A stretch of DNA of 64,000 bases from an uncultured Clostridia bacterium (GCA_947053595.1 CAMRSX010000005.1:5212-69211); one strand, 5' to 3'. Shown: positions 38,215 to 46,564, counted from the first letter of the stretch. The notes: a model not told the origin generated them from the letters alone. Numbers and translations: made by a program.

Positions 38215-39546
38215 ATGGAAAAGATTTTGGACTTCATTAAAAAACACAAACTCATAAAGGCAGGAGAGGTGATTGGTGTTGGCGTCAGCGGCGGGATTGA
38301 CAGTATGTCACTTCTTCATTTTTTGCACTCTGTCAGCGAAAAGCTGGACATTGAAGTGGTTGCCATTCACATCAATCATGGCATCAGAGAGGAAAGTGAT
38401 GACGAGGCGCGCTTTGTGCTTTCAAAGTGCAAAGAGATGGGTGTGAGGGTTTATAAGTTTTCCATCGACGCACCAAAGCTTGCCAAAGAGCGAAAGGTGA
38501 GCATTGAAACCGCGGCGCGGGACGGAAGATATGGAGTGTTTGAAGCGCTGGTGAAGAAGGACATTGTGGACAAAATTGCTTTGGCGCATCATCAGAGTGA
38601 CCAAGCTGAAACCATCTTGATGCACATCTTGCGTGGAAGCGGGCTGGCTGGCGCGCGCGGCATGGAGCCAATTCGTGACAAAATTTACATCCGTCCAATG
38701 CTGGGTGTTTCCAAAAAGGACATCGAGATTTATGCCTCCACCAACAACATTGAATATGTGGAAGATTTCAGCAATGCCGACACCTCATTTTCTCGCAATT
38801 ACATCCGTCATGTAGTGATGAAGGACATCCTCAAAAAGTGGCCAAACGCCATTGAATCCATCAACAACTTTGCGCAGGCAGTGTGTGAGGATGATGATTA
38901 CATAAAATCGCGAATCAACCTCAACGGGCTGATTTTGGATGACAAAGTTGTGCAGATGCCTTGCAGTTATATGAAACTTAACAGCGCGGTGTGCAATCGA
39001 ATGATTTTTCAAATTATGGCGCTGATTGGTGTGAAGAAAGACATTGAAAGAAAGCACATCATGATGATTAAAGAGCTCAGTGTTGCCGAAAATGGCAAAA
39101 AAATTAAACTGCCTTTTGATGTGACTGTCAGCAAGGAATATGATTTTCTCACCTTTGAAAACAACTATGTTGAAAAACCAAACCTTTACAATCCGCTGGG
39201 CGTGGGGCAGTTTGCGGCAGAGGGCTTTGGAACAGTTTGCATCAAACGCGTGAAAACTTCTTCCATTTTGCAAGATGATGCGCTTTATTTTGACAATCGC
39301 AAGGTGCCAAAGGATGCGCGCTGGCGATATCGTGAAGAGGGCGATGTGTTTGAAAAGTTTGGCGGCGGCACCAAAAAACTGAAGGCATTTTTCATCGACA
39401 AAAAAATTCCAGTGCGCAAAAGAGATTTCATTCCTGTGCTGGCAAGCGGAAATGAAGTGTATGTCATTGCAGGCGTGGAAGTCAGCCAAAAAGTGCGCGT
39501 GGATGCGGATGCTCCAACTTGTTTTAAACTGACAATTTCAAAATAG
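38215..39546 (+). CDS. tilS: tRNA(Ile)-lysidine synthase
   Basis: PP-loop GVGVSGGIDS. C-terminal RYREEGDVFEKFGGGTKKLKAFFIDKKIP. Confidence 0.93.
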   Translation: MEKILDFIKKHKLIKAGEVIGVGVSGGIDSMSLLHFLHSVSEKLDIEVVAIHINHGIREESDDEARFVLSKCKEMGVRVYKFSIDAPKLAKERKVSIETAARDGRYGVFEALVKKDIVDKIALAHHQSDQAETILMHILRGSGLAGARGMEPIRDKIYIRPMLGVSKKDIEIYASTNNIEYVEDFSNADTSFSRNYIRHVVMKDILKKWPNAIESINNFAQAVCEDDDYIKSRINLNGLILDDKVVQMPCSYMKLNSAVCNRMIFQIMALIGVKKDIERKHIMMIKELSVAENGKKIKLPFDVTVSKEYDFLTFENNYVEKPNLYNPLGVGQFAAEGFGTVCIKRVKTSSILQDDALYFDNRKVPKDARWRYREEGDVFEKFGGGTKKLKAFFIDKKIPVRKRDFIPVLASGNEVYVIAGVEVSQKVRVDADAPTCFKLTISK

Positions 39547-39680
39547 GTCTCAAAAATTTTACAAAAATCTTGACAAATTTCGTTAAGATTTTTTGTTTTT
39601 TCATCTGTTTTTGCGGCTTTTGCTTTGTTACAAACATAAAATATGTTAAAATAAAAAAAGGGGAGTTAAAGAGGGGAAAC

Positions 39681-40379
39681 ATGACGGAACTTGATGACGA
39701 TATTTTCTTTTCCAAGAAAAAAAACAAAAGATTTAAACTCCTCACCTTTGTTACTGGAATTTTGGCAATTTTGTTGGCTTTTGCCGTGCTTGCATGTGTG
39801 ATTTTCATTGTGAAGGATTTCATTCCAATGCTCTCACGGCCAGATGGCTCGGATGTGGACAAGCTGGCGGTTGGCATCTTGGCAATCATGCTTTTGCCAC
39901 TGATGTTTGTGTTGATTGCGCTTTGCAGCATGATGACAATTTTATATTTTGTGCTGGGCTGCTTTTTGATTGGTTGCGCTTTCAAAGAAGACAGGGTTTT
40001 CAGAAACAGAATGGGCTTCATCATCTTCACAATTGTCATGGACTTTTTCTTGAGTGCAAACTTGCTGTTTGCGGGCTTGACAGTTCAGCCAATGCCAGTG
40101 ATTTTGGTTGTTGTTGCGTGCGTGATGCTTTTTTCCTCCATTTTGAAAATTGTTGACCTTTCAATTTTCAATCGCAAACTTAAAACTGGAGCCATTGTGC
40201 TTGGCATTCCAAAAACCACCACCGCTGCAAATTCAGGCATCAACTTGGGCGCGCTGAAAGAGGGCAAAAAACTGAGCGTGGCAGAAAAACTTAAGAAATT
40301 GGGAGAACTCAAAAGTTCTGGGCTGATAACGCAGCAAGACTATCAACAGATGAGAAAGAAAACTTTGGACGAGATGTAA
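39681..40379 (+). CDS. membrane protein with C-terminal SHOCT domain
   Basis: 4-5 TM, then LSVAEKLKKLGELKSSGLITQQDYQQMRKKTL. AGGGGAA SD before 39681. Confidence 0.65.
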   Translation: MTELDDDIFFSKKKNKRFKLLTFVTGILAILLAFAVLACVIFIVKDFIPMLSRPDGSDVDKLAVGILAIMLLPLMFVLIALCSMMTILYFVLGCFLIGCAFKEDRVFRNRMGFIIFTIVMDFFLSANLLFAGLTVQPMPVILVVVACVMLFSSILKIVDLSIFNRKLKTGAIVLGIPKTTTAANSGINLGALKEGKKLSVAEKLKKLGELKSSGLITQQDYQQMRKKTLDEM

Positions 40380-40409
40380 TAAAAAATCAAAGGATAAAGG
40401 AGAAAAATT

Positions 40410-41207
40410 ATGAAAAATTTGTTATTGGACATTCAAACTGGTGCAGACATTGGATTTTCTGCACTTATGATTGTTGCACTGATTGTGTTTGCAGCTTTTT
40501 GCGTGGTGTCAGTTGTGGCGGCAGTCTGGAAATGGGTGATTATATTCAGATACAGCAAACTCAACAAGATGCAAGTTTCAAACGGGCTGACGGGTGCACA
40601 AACCGCACAGAAACTTCTGGAAGGCTTGGGCATCACAGATGTTGAAGTTGTCAAGTGCAATTTCTTTTCTGCCATCTTTCTTGGAAACAGCTATAGCCCT
40701 CTCAAAAAAATCATCAGGCTGAGAAAAAACATATACAACTCCACCACGCTCACCGCTGTTGCACTTGCCACACAAAAAGTTGCACTTGCAAAAAGAGACC
40801 ATGACGGCGACAAGAAACTTAAAGCTCGCTCCATCTTGATGGGCTTTGGATATTTTGCTCCATTTGCAGTTGTGCCACTTGTGCTTATGGGCTTTTTGAT
40901 TGACTTCTTCGTGCTTAACAATTTGGGCGTGTTCACAATTGTGTTCACTTGCATTGCTGCAGCTTGGTATTTGTCTTCCTTTGTGGTTTTAATTCTCAAT
41001 ATTCCAATTGAAAGACAGGCTTGCAAGCAAGCGCTGGAGTTCATCAAAACAGCCAATCTTCTCACCGAGGAAGAAATGCATCAAGCTGAAAAGTTGTATA
41101 AGACATACATCACAAGCTATGTTCTGGATTTTGTCACCGAGCTTCTGTACATCGTTTGGAGAATTTTGATGCTGATTTTAAGGCTGGCAGCCTCTTCAAG
41201 AGATTGA
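40410..41207 (+). CDS. YugP-type putative zinc metallopeptidase homologue lacking the HExxH motif
   Basis: Collinear with the YugP family (…SNGLTGAQTAQKLLEGLGI…YSPLKKIIRL…STTLTAVA), but LATQKVALAKRDH sits where AAHExGHAIQH is expected. Confidence 0.65.
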   Translation: MKNLLLDIQTGADIGFSALMIVALIVFAAFCVVSVVAAVWKWVIIFRYSKLNKMQVSNGLTGAQTAQKLLEGLGITDVEVVKCNFFSAIFLGNSYSPLKKIIRLRKNIYNSTTLTAVALATQKVALAKRDHDGDKKLKARSILMGFGYFAPFAVVPLVLMGFLIDFFVLNNLGVFTIVFTCIAAAWYLSSFVVLILNIPIERQACKQALEFIKTANLLTEEEMHQAEKLYKTYITSYVLDFVTELLYIVWRILMLILRLAASSRD

Positions 41208-41210
41208 TTA

Positions 41211-41246
41211 AAAAACAAAAACTTGGCATCTTGCCAAGTTTTTTTG
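41211..41246. terminator. bidirectional terminator
   Basis: ACTTGGCA-TCT-TGCCAAGT flanked by an A-run and T7. Confidence 0.85.
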
Positions 41247-41253
41247 TGTTCAC

Positions 41254-41367
41254 CTAGAGGTCGTCCGCATCTTGTTGTGGCATTCCGCCATCAATTGGCG
41301 TGCCGGTGTAGCAGCCAAGTGGGTCGTTTTCATCTGCCATCAAACTTTTCTTTTTTCTCTTTTTCAT
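41254..41367 (-). CDS. candidate small acidic protein (37 aa, or 28 aa from the internal Met)
   Basis: MKKRKKKSLMADENDPLGCYTGTPIDGGMPQQDADDL*. Ends 8 nt before the bidirectional terminator. Weak SD. Confidence 0.3.
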   Translation of the reverse strand: MKKRKKKSLMADENDPLGCYTGTPIDGGMPQQDADDL

Positions 41368-41433
41368 AAAAATAATATGTGCAGTTTGCAGATTTTTATT
41401 GGTTTTTCTTGCTTTTTATTGTAAAATGTTTTT

Positions 41434-42294
41434 ATGAAAACCCTAAATGCCGCACAAGAAATTGAAAGAAGCCTCAACAAAAAGTTCAGAAAAAGCATCT
41501 GGACAAAGTTTGTGCTTGCCCTAAAGCGATATAACCTTGTGGAAGAAGGGGACAAAATTGCGGTTTGTGTGTCCGGCGGAAAGGACAGCATGCTTTTGGC
41601 AAAGCTTATGCAAATGCTTCAAACTTACAGCAATGTCAAGTTTGAAATTGTGTTTTTGTGCATGGACCCCGGTTATAACCCGCAAAACCGCCAGCAAATT
41701 GAAACAAATGCCAGCCTGATGCAAATTCCGCTGGAGTTTTTTGAAACTGACATCTTTGACAGCGTGGTGAATGTGGAGAAATCGCCGTGCTATCTCTGCG
41801 CAAGAATGAGGCGAGGGCATCTTTACAGCGAGGCGCAAAAACATGGCTGCAACAAAATTGCGCTGGGACATCACTTTTCTGATGTGATTGAAACCACACT
41901 TATGGGCATGCTGTATGGCGCGCAAATTCAGGCAATGCCGCCAAAACTTTGCTCCAAAAACTTTGAGGGGATGCAGCTTATCCGTCCGCTTTATTGTGTG
42001 CACGAAAAGGACATCCTTGCATGGAAAAATTACAACAATCTCAAGTTTTTGCAGTGCGCTTGCCGCTTCACAGAGGCAAATCACTTGAACGAAGATGAAA
42101 TTTCACAGTCCGCAAGGCTGGAAACCAAAAAGTTGATTGCTGCCTTAAAAAAAGACATCCCCGAAGTGGAAGAACACATCTTCAAAAGCATCCACAATGT
42201 TCAGCTGGACACCATGCTTGGCATAAAATATCAAGATGAAGATTTTGATTTCAATCAACTTTTTGCCAAAAGAAATGACAAAAAGAGGAAGTGA
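41434..42294 (+). CDS. TtcA-family PP-loop ATPase (tRNA 2-thiocytidine-type)
   Basis: VCVSGGKDS, CYLCARMRRG, ALGHHFSDVIETTLM. Confidence 0.85.
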   Translation: MKTLNAAQEIERSLNKKFRKSIWTKFVLALKRYNLVEEGDKIAVCVSGGKDSMLLAKLMQMLQTYSNVKFEIVFLCMDPGYNPQNRQQIETNASLMQIPLEFFETDIFDSVVNVEKSPCYLCARMRRGHLYSEAQKHGCNKIALGHHFSDVIETTLMGMLYGAQIQAMPPKLCSKNFEGMQLIRPLYCVHEKDILAWKNYNNLKFLQCACRFTEANHLNEDEISQSARLETKKLIAALKKDIPEVEEHIFKSIHNVQLDTMLGIKYQDEDFDFNQLFAKRNDKKRK

Positions 42295-42318
42295 AACGCT
42301 TCACACAAAAAAAACAAA

Positions 42319-42345
42319 AAGGCTGGAAAAATCCAACCTTTTTTA
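42319..42345 (+). terminator. rho-independent terminator
   Basis: AAGGCTGG-N6-CCAACCTT plus a T-run. Confidence 0.65.
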
Positions 42346-42348
42346 TAA

Positions 42349-42426
42349 GTCATGTTGAGCAAGAATGCAAAGCATTTGCCGTCGAAACAGCTCTATCCAA
42401 TTTTCTTACGCTTCGGTCTGAATGAC
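42349..42426. repeat. family-1 repeat element with inverted GTCAT termini
   Basis: GTCATGTTGAGCAAGAATGCAAAGCATTTGCCGTCGAAACAGCTC...CTTACGCTTCGGTCTGAATGAC. Confidence 0.75.
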
Positions 42427-42431
42427 GATAT

Positions 42432-42635
42432 TCAGTCTTCTAGCCCGCAAAGATAGTCAGTTGAAACTTTGAAATACACAGCAATATTTTTTGCATTCTC
42501 CAAACTTGGGTCTCTTTGGTCTCGCTCCCAACGGCTGATGCAAACATCGCTTACACCAATTTGTTCTCCCAACTTTTTTGTTGTCAAACCTGCCTCGCTT
42601 CTCAATTCTTTCAATCTTTCAGCAAAAATTTGCAT
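42432..42635 (-). CDS. XRE-family HTH transcriptional regulator
   Basis: FAERLKELRSEAGLTTKKLGEQIGVSDVCISRWERDQRDPSLENAKNIAVYFKVSTDYL. Confidence 0.85.
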   Translation of the reverse strand: MQIFAERLKELRSEAGLTTKKLGEQIGVSDVCISRWERDQRDPSLENAKNIAVYFKVSTDYLCGLED

Positions 42636-42655
42636 ATTAAATCTCCTTTATAAAA

Positions 42656-42732
42656 ATTATATACCAAATGGTCTTAAAATGCTTGACTAATACCAAATGG
42701 TTGTGTATAATAAAAAACAACCATTTGGTATT
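42656..42732. promoter_or_regulatory. divergent promoter / operator region
   Basis: Plus strand: TTGACT (42683-88), 17 nt, TATAAT (42706-11). Minus strand: TATAAT at 42656-61. Operators: ATACCAAATGGT (42661-72) and a perfect 16-bp IR AATACCAAATGGTTGT / ACAACCATTTGGTATT (42689-704 / 42717-732). Confidence 0.75.
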
Positions 42733-42743
42733 GGAGCTATATT

Positions 42744-42980
42744 ATGAAACCAAACGACACAATAAAAAAGCCCAGCATATTCACTGGGTCAATTAAGATT
42801 ATGAAAATCAGGGCGTTTATGGAAGAGAGGGGATTGTCTGAAGAAGAGTTTGCAAAGAAATGCAAGTTGGAGGTGAAAGAACTTGCGAAGGTTTTGGATG
42901 ACTATTCTTGCTATGAGCCCATTTGGATTGTGTATATTGCTCGCGCAATGGGATTGAAATTTGAGGATTTGATTTATTAA
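42744..42980 (+). CDS. small HTH-like (Cro/XRE-like) protein
   Basis: GGAG SD 7 nt upstream. IRAFMEERGLSEEEFAKKCKLEVKELAKVLDD... Divergent from the XRE gene. Confidence 0.55.
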   Translation: MKPNDTIKKPSIFTGSIKIMKIRAFMEERGLSEEEFAKKCKLEVKELAKVLDDYSCYEPIWIVYIARAMGLKFEDLIY

Positions 42981-42981
42981 A

Positions 42982-43012
42982 ATTTGCCTCCCCTTGATAA
43001 GGAGAGGCAAAT
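42982..43012 (+). terminator. hairpin terminator
   Basis: ATTTGCCTC-N13-GAGGCAAAT. Confidence 0.55.
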
Positions 43013-43045
43013 AGTGAATAATTTATGGTCGCATTCGCTCCAATC

Positions 43046-43121
43046 CTACTTCTTCGCAAGACTAACCGCAACTGCGAGACTTACAGTTGCTCCAACCATT
43101 GGATTGTTTCCCATTCCAATG
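43046..43121 (-). pseudogene. orphan copy of the last 24 codons plus stop of the GGGtGRT gene
   Basis: Translates IGMGNNPMVGATVSLAVAVSLAKK*, identical to the C-terminus of 43194-44183. The DNA differs at about 8 positions, all synonymous or in the stop codon. Confidence 0.75.
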
Positions 43122-43193
43122 GTTTAAAATCATAAGTCGGGTTTCAAAGGTTATTGAAAAAGCAAATAAGTTTAAACCCTCCTTGTGATGGGC

Positions 43194-44183
43194 TTACTTT
43201 TTCGCAAGACTAACCGCAACTGCCAAGCTTACGGTTGCTCCAACCATTGGATTGTTTCCCATTCCAATGAAGCCCATCATTGCAACGTGGGCTGGCACGG
43301 AAGAAGAGCCGGCAAACTGAGCGTCGCAATGCATTCTTCCCATTGTGTCTGTCATGCCATAACTTGCAGGGCCTGCGTGCATATTGTCTGGGTGAAGTGT
43401 TCTGCCTGTGCCGCCGCCAGATGCAACAGAGAAATATTTTTTGCCGTTGTCCACGCACCACTTTTTGTAAGTTCCAGCAACTGGGTGTTGGAAGCGTGTT
43501 GGGTTGGTGGAGTTGCCTGTGATGGAAACATCAACTTGTTCGTGTTGCATGATTGCCACGCCTTCGCTGACATCATAGGCGCCATAGATGCAAACTTTGG
43601 CTTTTTCGCCTTTTGAAAAGGCAACTTTGTTTAAAACTTTCAACTTTTGTGTTTTTCGGTCAAACTGAGTGTTGACATAGGTGAAGCCGTTCACGCGGGC
43701 GATGATGTATGCTGCGTCTTTGCCCAGCCCGTTCAAAACCACCTTAAGAGGGCTTTTTCTGATTTTGTTGGCTGTGCGGGCAATTCCCATTGCGCCCTCA
43801 GCTGCAGCAAAGCTTTCGTGTCCTGCCAAAAAGCAGAAGCATTTTGTGTTTTCGTCCAAAAGTCTGCCAGCAAGGCGACCATGTCCCAGCCCGATTTGGC
43901 GTTCGTCAGCCACAGAGCCTTTCACACAAAAGGCTTGCAAGCCTTCGCCAATTTTTTCTGCATATTCACTTGCGCTGTTGCAGGTGGATTTCAGTGCAAT
44001 GGCGGTGCCAAGAGTGTAAGCATCCACCGCGCTGTCAAAGCAAATTGGTTGAATGTCGCGAACAGTTTTTTCAACATCAATGTTGTTTGCAAGGCACAAC
44101 TTTTTTGCGTCGTCAAGAGATTTAAAGCCATATTCTTTCAAAGTTTTTGGCAAATATTCAAATTTTTTCAATTCATCATTCAT
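43194..44183 (-). CDS. GGGtGRT-family protein (function unknown)
   Basis: Contains the eponymous SVASGGGTGRTLHPDN motif. GAGGAGAG SD before the ATG at 44183. Confidence 0.85.
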   Translation of the reverse strand: MNDELKKFEYLPKTLKEYGFKSLDDAKKLCLANNIDVEKTVRDIQPICFDSAVDAYTLGTAIALKSTCNSASEYAEKIGEGLQAFCVKGSVADERQIGLGHGRLAGRLLDENTKCFCFLAGHESFAAAEGAMGIARTANKIRKSPLKVVLNGLGKDAAYIIARVNGFTYVNTQFDRKTQKLKVLNKVAFSKGEKAKVCIYGAYDVSEGVAIMQHEQVDVSITGNSTNPTRFQHPVAGTYKKWCVDNGKKYFSVASGGGTGRTLHPDNMHAGPASYGMTDTMGRMHCDAQFAGSSSVPAHVAMMGFIGMGNNPMVGATVSLAVAVSLAKK

Positions 44184-44187
44184 ATTC

Positions 44188-44868
44188 TTACTCTCCTCTT
44201 GGATTGACAATTTTTGCAGCTTCGTCAAATCTTCCATAACGCTTTGTCGACTTTTCCATTGCCTGTGTTTTTGTCAGGCTGTCATCTTGCAAGTTTTTAA
44301 GCAGCAGCCCAAGGTTGACATATTCATAACCAATTGTTTCGCCATTTTCGTCCAATGCCATTTTGGTGATGTAGCCTTCTGCCAAATTGAGATATTTCAC
44401 TCCGCCATCGTCGGTGGAAACAATGGTGCCAACTTGGCTGGTTTTATATTTTCCCAAATCTTCCAAGCTGGTGCCAACAGGAAGCCCGCCAAGCGAAAAT
44501 GCCGATTGGCTGCGTCCATATACAAGCTGGAGGAAGATGTTTTTCATTGCATCGTTGATTGCATCACAAACGAGGTCGGTGTTCAGCGCTTCCAAAATGG
44601 TTTTGCCAATCAAAATTTCGCCCGCCATGGCAGCAGAGTGTGTCATGCCCGAGCAGCCGATTGTTTCAACCAACGCCTCTTTGATGATTCCGTTTTTGAC
44701 ATTGAGTGTCAATTTGCACGCGCCTTGTTGTGGTGCGCACATTCCGCATCCGTGTGAAAATGCAGAAATTTGCGTGATTTCCTTAACTTGGTCCCACTTT
44801 CCCTCTTGAGGAATTGGAGAAGGGCCATAGCCACACATGTTTTTAACGCAGTTTGTGTTTTTATCCAT
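44188..44868 (-). CDS. NifU/IscU-like Fe-S scaffold-domain protein with C-terminal extension
   Basis: SHGCGMCAPQQGACKLTL...ETIGCSGMTHSAAMAGEILIGKT (IscU-like Cys pattern). AAGGAG SD. The stop lies 4 nt before the GGGtGRT start. Confidence 0.75.
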   Translation of the reverse strand: MDKNTNCVKNMCGYGPSPIPQEGKWDQVKEITQISAFSHGCGMCAPQQGACKLTLNVKNGIIKEALVETIGCSGMTHSAAMAGEILIGKTILEALNTDLVCDAINDAMKNIFLQLVYGRSQSAFSLGGLPVGTSLEDLGKYKTSQVGTIVSTDDGGVKYLNLAEGYITKMALDENGETIGYEYVNLGLLLKNLQDDSLTKTQAMEKSTKRYGRFDEAAKIVNPRGE

Positions 44869-45016
44869 ATATGTTCTCCTTTTACCGTATTTATTGTATC
44901 AAAAAGCTTGGCATTTTCCAAACAAAAGAAGAAAGCTTTTGGGGTTTTGAAAAGAATTTTTCAAACTTCACAAAGGTTTTGTTGACAAAATAAAATTTAT
45001 TTGCTAAACTTTGTTT

Positions 45017-45250
45017 ATCTTAAATCAAGATGGTGGGGTGAAAAGCAGTAGGCTTGTCATTGGCTTTGCAGAGAGAGGTTGGTTGGTGAAAAACCTTGGC
45101 GGTGACAGTGCGCGAATTACATTCATTTCAAGTCTTGCGTTGCACCTACGAAAGGTGAAATAAGGGTTGCCGTTTAGGGCAACTAAATTCAAGGTGGTAC
45201 CACGAAACGCACGCTTCGTCCTGAAAATTTTTAGGAAGCGTGCTTTTTTG
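45017..45250 (+). promoter_or_regulatory. T-box leader (Tyr specifier) with terminator, controlling tyrS
   Basis: Promoter TTGACA (44982), 17 nt, TAAACT (45005). AGAGAG and GGTGAAAA stem-I boxes. UAC codons in the specifier region (CACCTACGAAAGG). T-box AAGGTGGTACCACG (45191-204). Terminator GCACGCTTC...GAAGCGTGC plus T6. Confidence 0.85.
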
Positions 45251-45322
45251 TTTTGAAAGGAGGAGAGATGAAACTTGTTAAGCCAAATTTTAAAAACAGC
45301 ATTAGCCAAAAGGAGAACAAAA

Positions 45323-46564
45323 ATGAAAACAACAGACACAAAATTATATGAAGTTTTGAAGGAAAGAGGATTGCTTTATCAATGCACCGACGAAGAAGGC
45401 TTGAAGAAGCTTTTGCAGAGTGGGCAGTCTGTCACGCTGTATGAGGGCACCGACCCCACAGCAGACAGCTTGCACATTGGCCACTGCGTGCCATATTGCA
45501 TTTTGCGCCGATTTCAACAGGCAGGGCACAAGGTTTTGCTTTTGATGGGCGGGGCAACAGGCGGCGTGGGCGACCCAAGTGGAAAGACAGAGCTTCGCAA
45601 AATGCTGACAAAAGAGGACATTGCATCCAACATTGAAAGCATCAAGAAGACACTCAGCGTGTTCTTGGATTTTGACGGAGAAAACCCAGCCATCATTGTC
45701 AACAATGACGATTGGTTTTCGGGCTATGATTATGTGGATTTCATGCGTGAAGTGGGTGTGCATTTCAATGTCAACAAAATGCTTTCAAATGAAATCTATG
45801 CCAATCGCTTGCAAGAGGGCGGGCTGACCTTTTTTGAAATGGGCTATATGCTTATGCAGGCTTATGACTTTGTTCACCTTAATCGCAAATATGGCTGTGT
45901 GCTGCAATATGGCGGGCAAGACCAGTGGGGAAACATCGTTGCTGGCACCGAGCTTCAAAGAAAGTTGAATTTTGCAAACGGCACAAATGTCAACCTGATT
46001 GGTGCAACAAATCCGCTGCTGCTCACGCCAGAGGGTAAAAAGATGGGCAAAACGGAAAAGGGCGCAATTTGGATTGATAAGGACAAAATTTCGGCATATG
46101 ATTTCTATCAAGGCGTATATCAAACCCCAGACGCTTGCGTTGAGATGATGTTTGCGCTTTTCACCGACATCTCAATGGAAGAAGTGAGAAAACTGATTGC
46201 GGACAACATTGTAAACGCCAAAAAGGTGCTTTCCTTTGAAATCACAAAATTCATTCGTGGGGAAGAGGACGCCATTGTTGCTCAAAACATGAGTGAAAAC
46301 TTGTTCTCGCAAGGCGGCGACGACGCCCCAGTTGTGGAAGTTGCAAAATCAGAGCTTCCAATGGGCATTTGCGACCTTTTGTGCAAATGCAACCTTGCGC
46401 CATCCAAAAGCGAAGCCAGACGCCTCATTCAGGGCGGAGCAATCACCTTCAAGGGCGAAAAAGTTGAAAGGTTTGACCTTTCCATTTCGTCAGCCGACAT
46501 ATCGGGCGGCGCGCTGCTAAAAAAAGGGAAGAAGAGTTTTATAAAAATCAAAATTGCAGAATAG
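45323..46564 (+). CDS. tyrS: tyrosine--tRNA ligase
   Basis: MKTTDTKLYEVLKERGLLYQCTD..., HIGH (SLHIGHCVP), KMGKT, C-terminal S4 domain. AAGGAG SD. Confidence 0.96.
   Translation: MKTTDTKLYEVLKERGLLYQCTDEEGLKKLLQSGQSVTLYEGTDPTADSLHIGHCVPYCILRRFQQAGHKVLLLMGGATGGVGDPSGKTELRKMLTKEDIASNIESIKKTLSVFLDFDGENPAIIVNNDDWFSGYDYVDFMREVGVHFNVNKMLSNEIYANRLQEGGLTFFEMGYMLMQAYDFVHLNRKYGCVLQYGGQDQWGNIVAGTELQRKLNFANGTNVNLIGATNPLLLTPEGKKMGKTEKGAIWIDKDKISAYDFYQGVYQTPDACVEMMFALFTDISMEEVRKLIADNIVNAKKVLSFEITKFIRGEEDAIVAQNMSENLFSQGGDDAPVVEVAKSELPMGICDLLCKCNLAPSKSEARRLIQGGAITFKGEKVERFDLSISSADISGGALLKKGKKSFIKIKIAE

Noticed and set aside
38013-38240. 75-aa ORF upstream of tilS
   Set aside because: F/C/V-rich, no SD, and overlaps the tilS start. 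The region more likely holds the tilS promoter and a 9-bp hairpin (38047-38079).
43647-44757. Plus-strand ORFs of 186 and 234 aa over the GGGtGRT / NifU-like genes
   Set aside because: The minus strand gives recognisable families with strong SDs and tight coupling. The plus-frame products are low-complexity (F/C/A/S-rich) with no SD.
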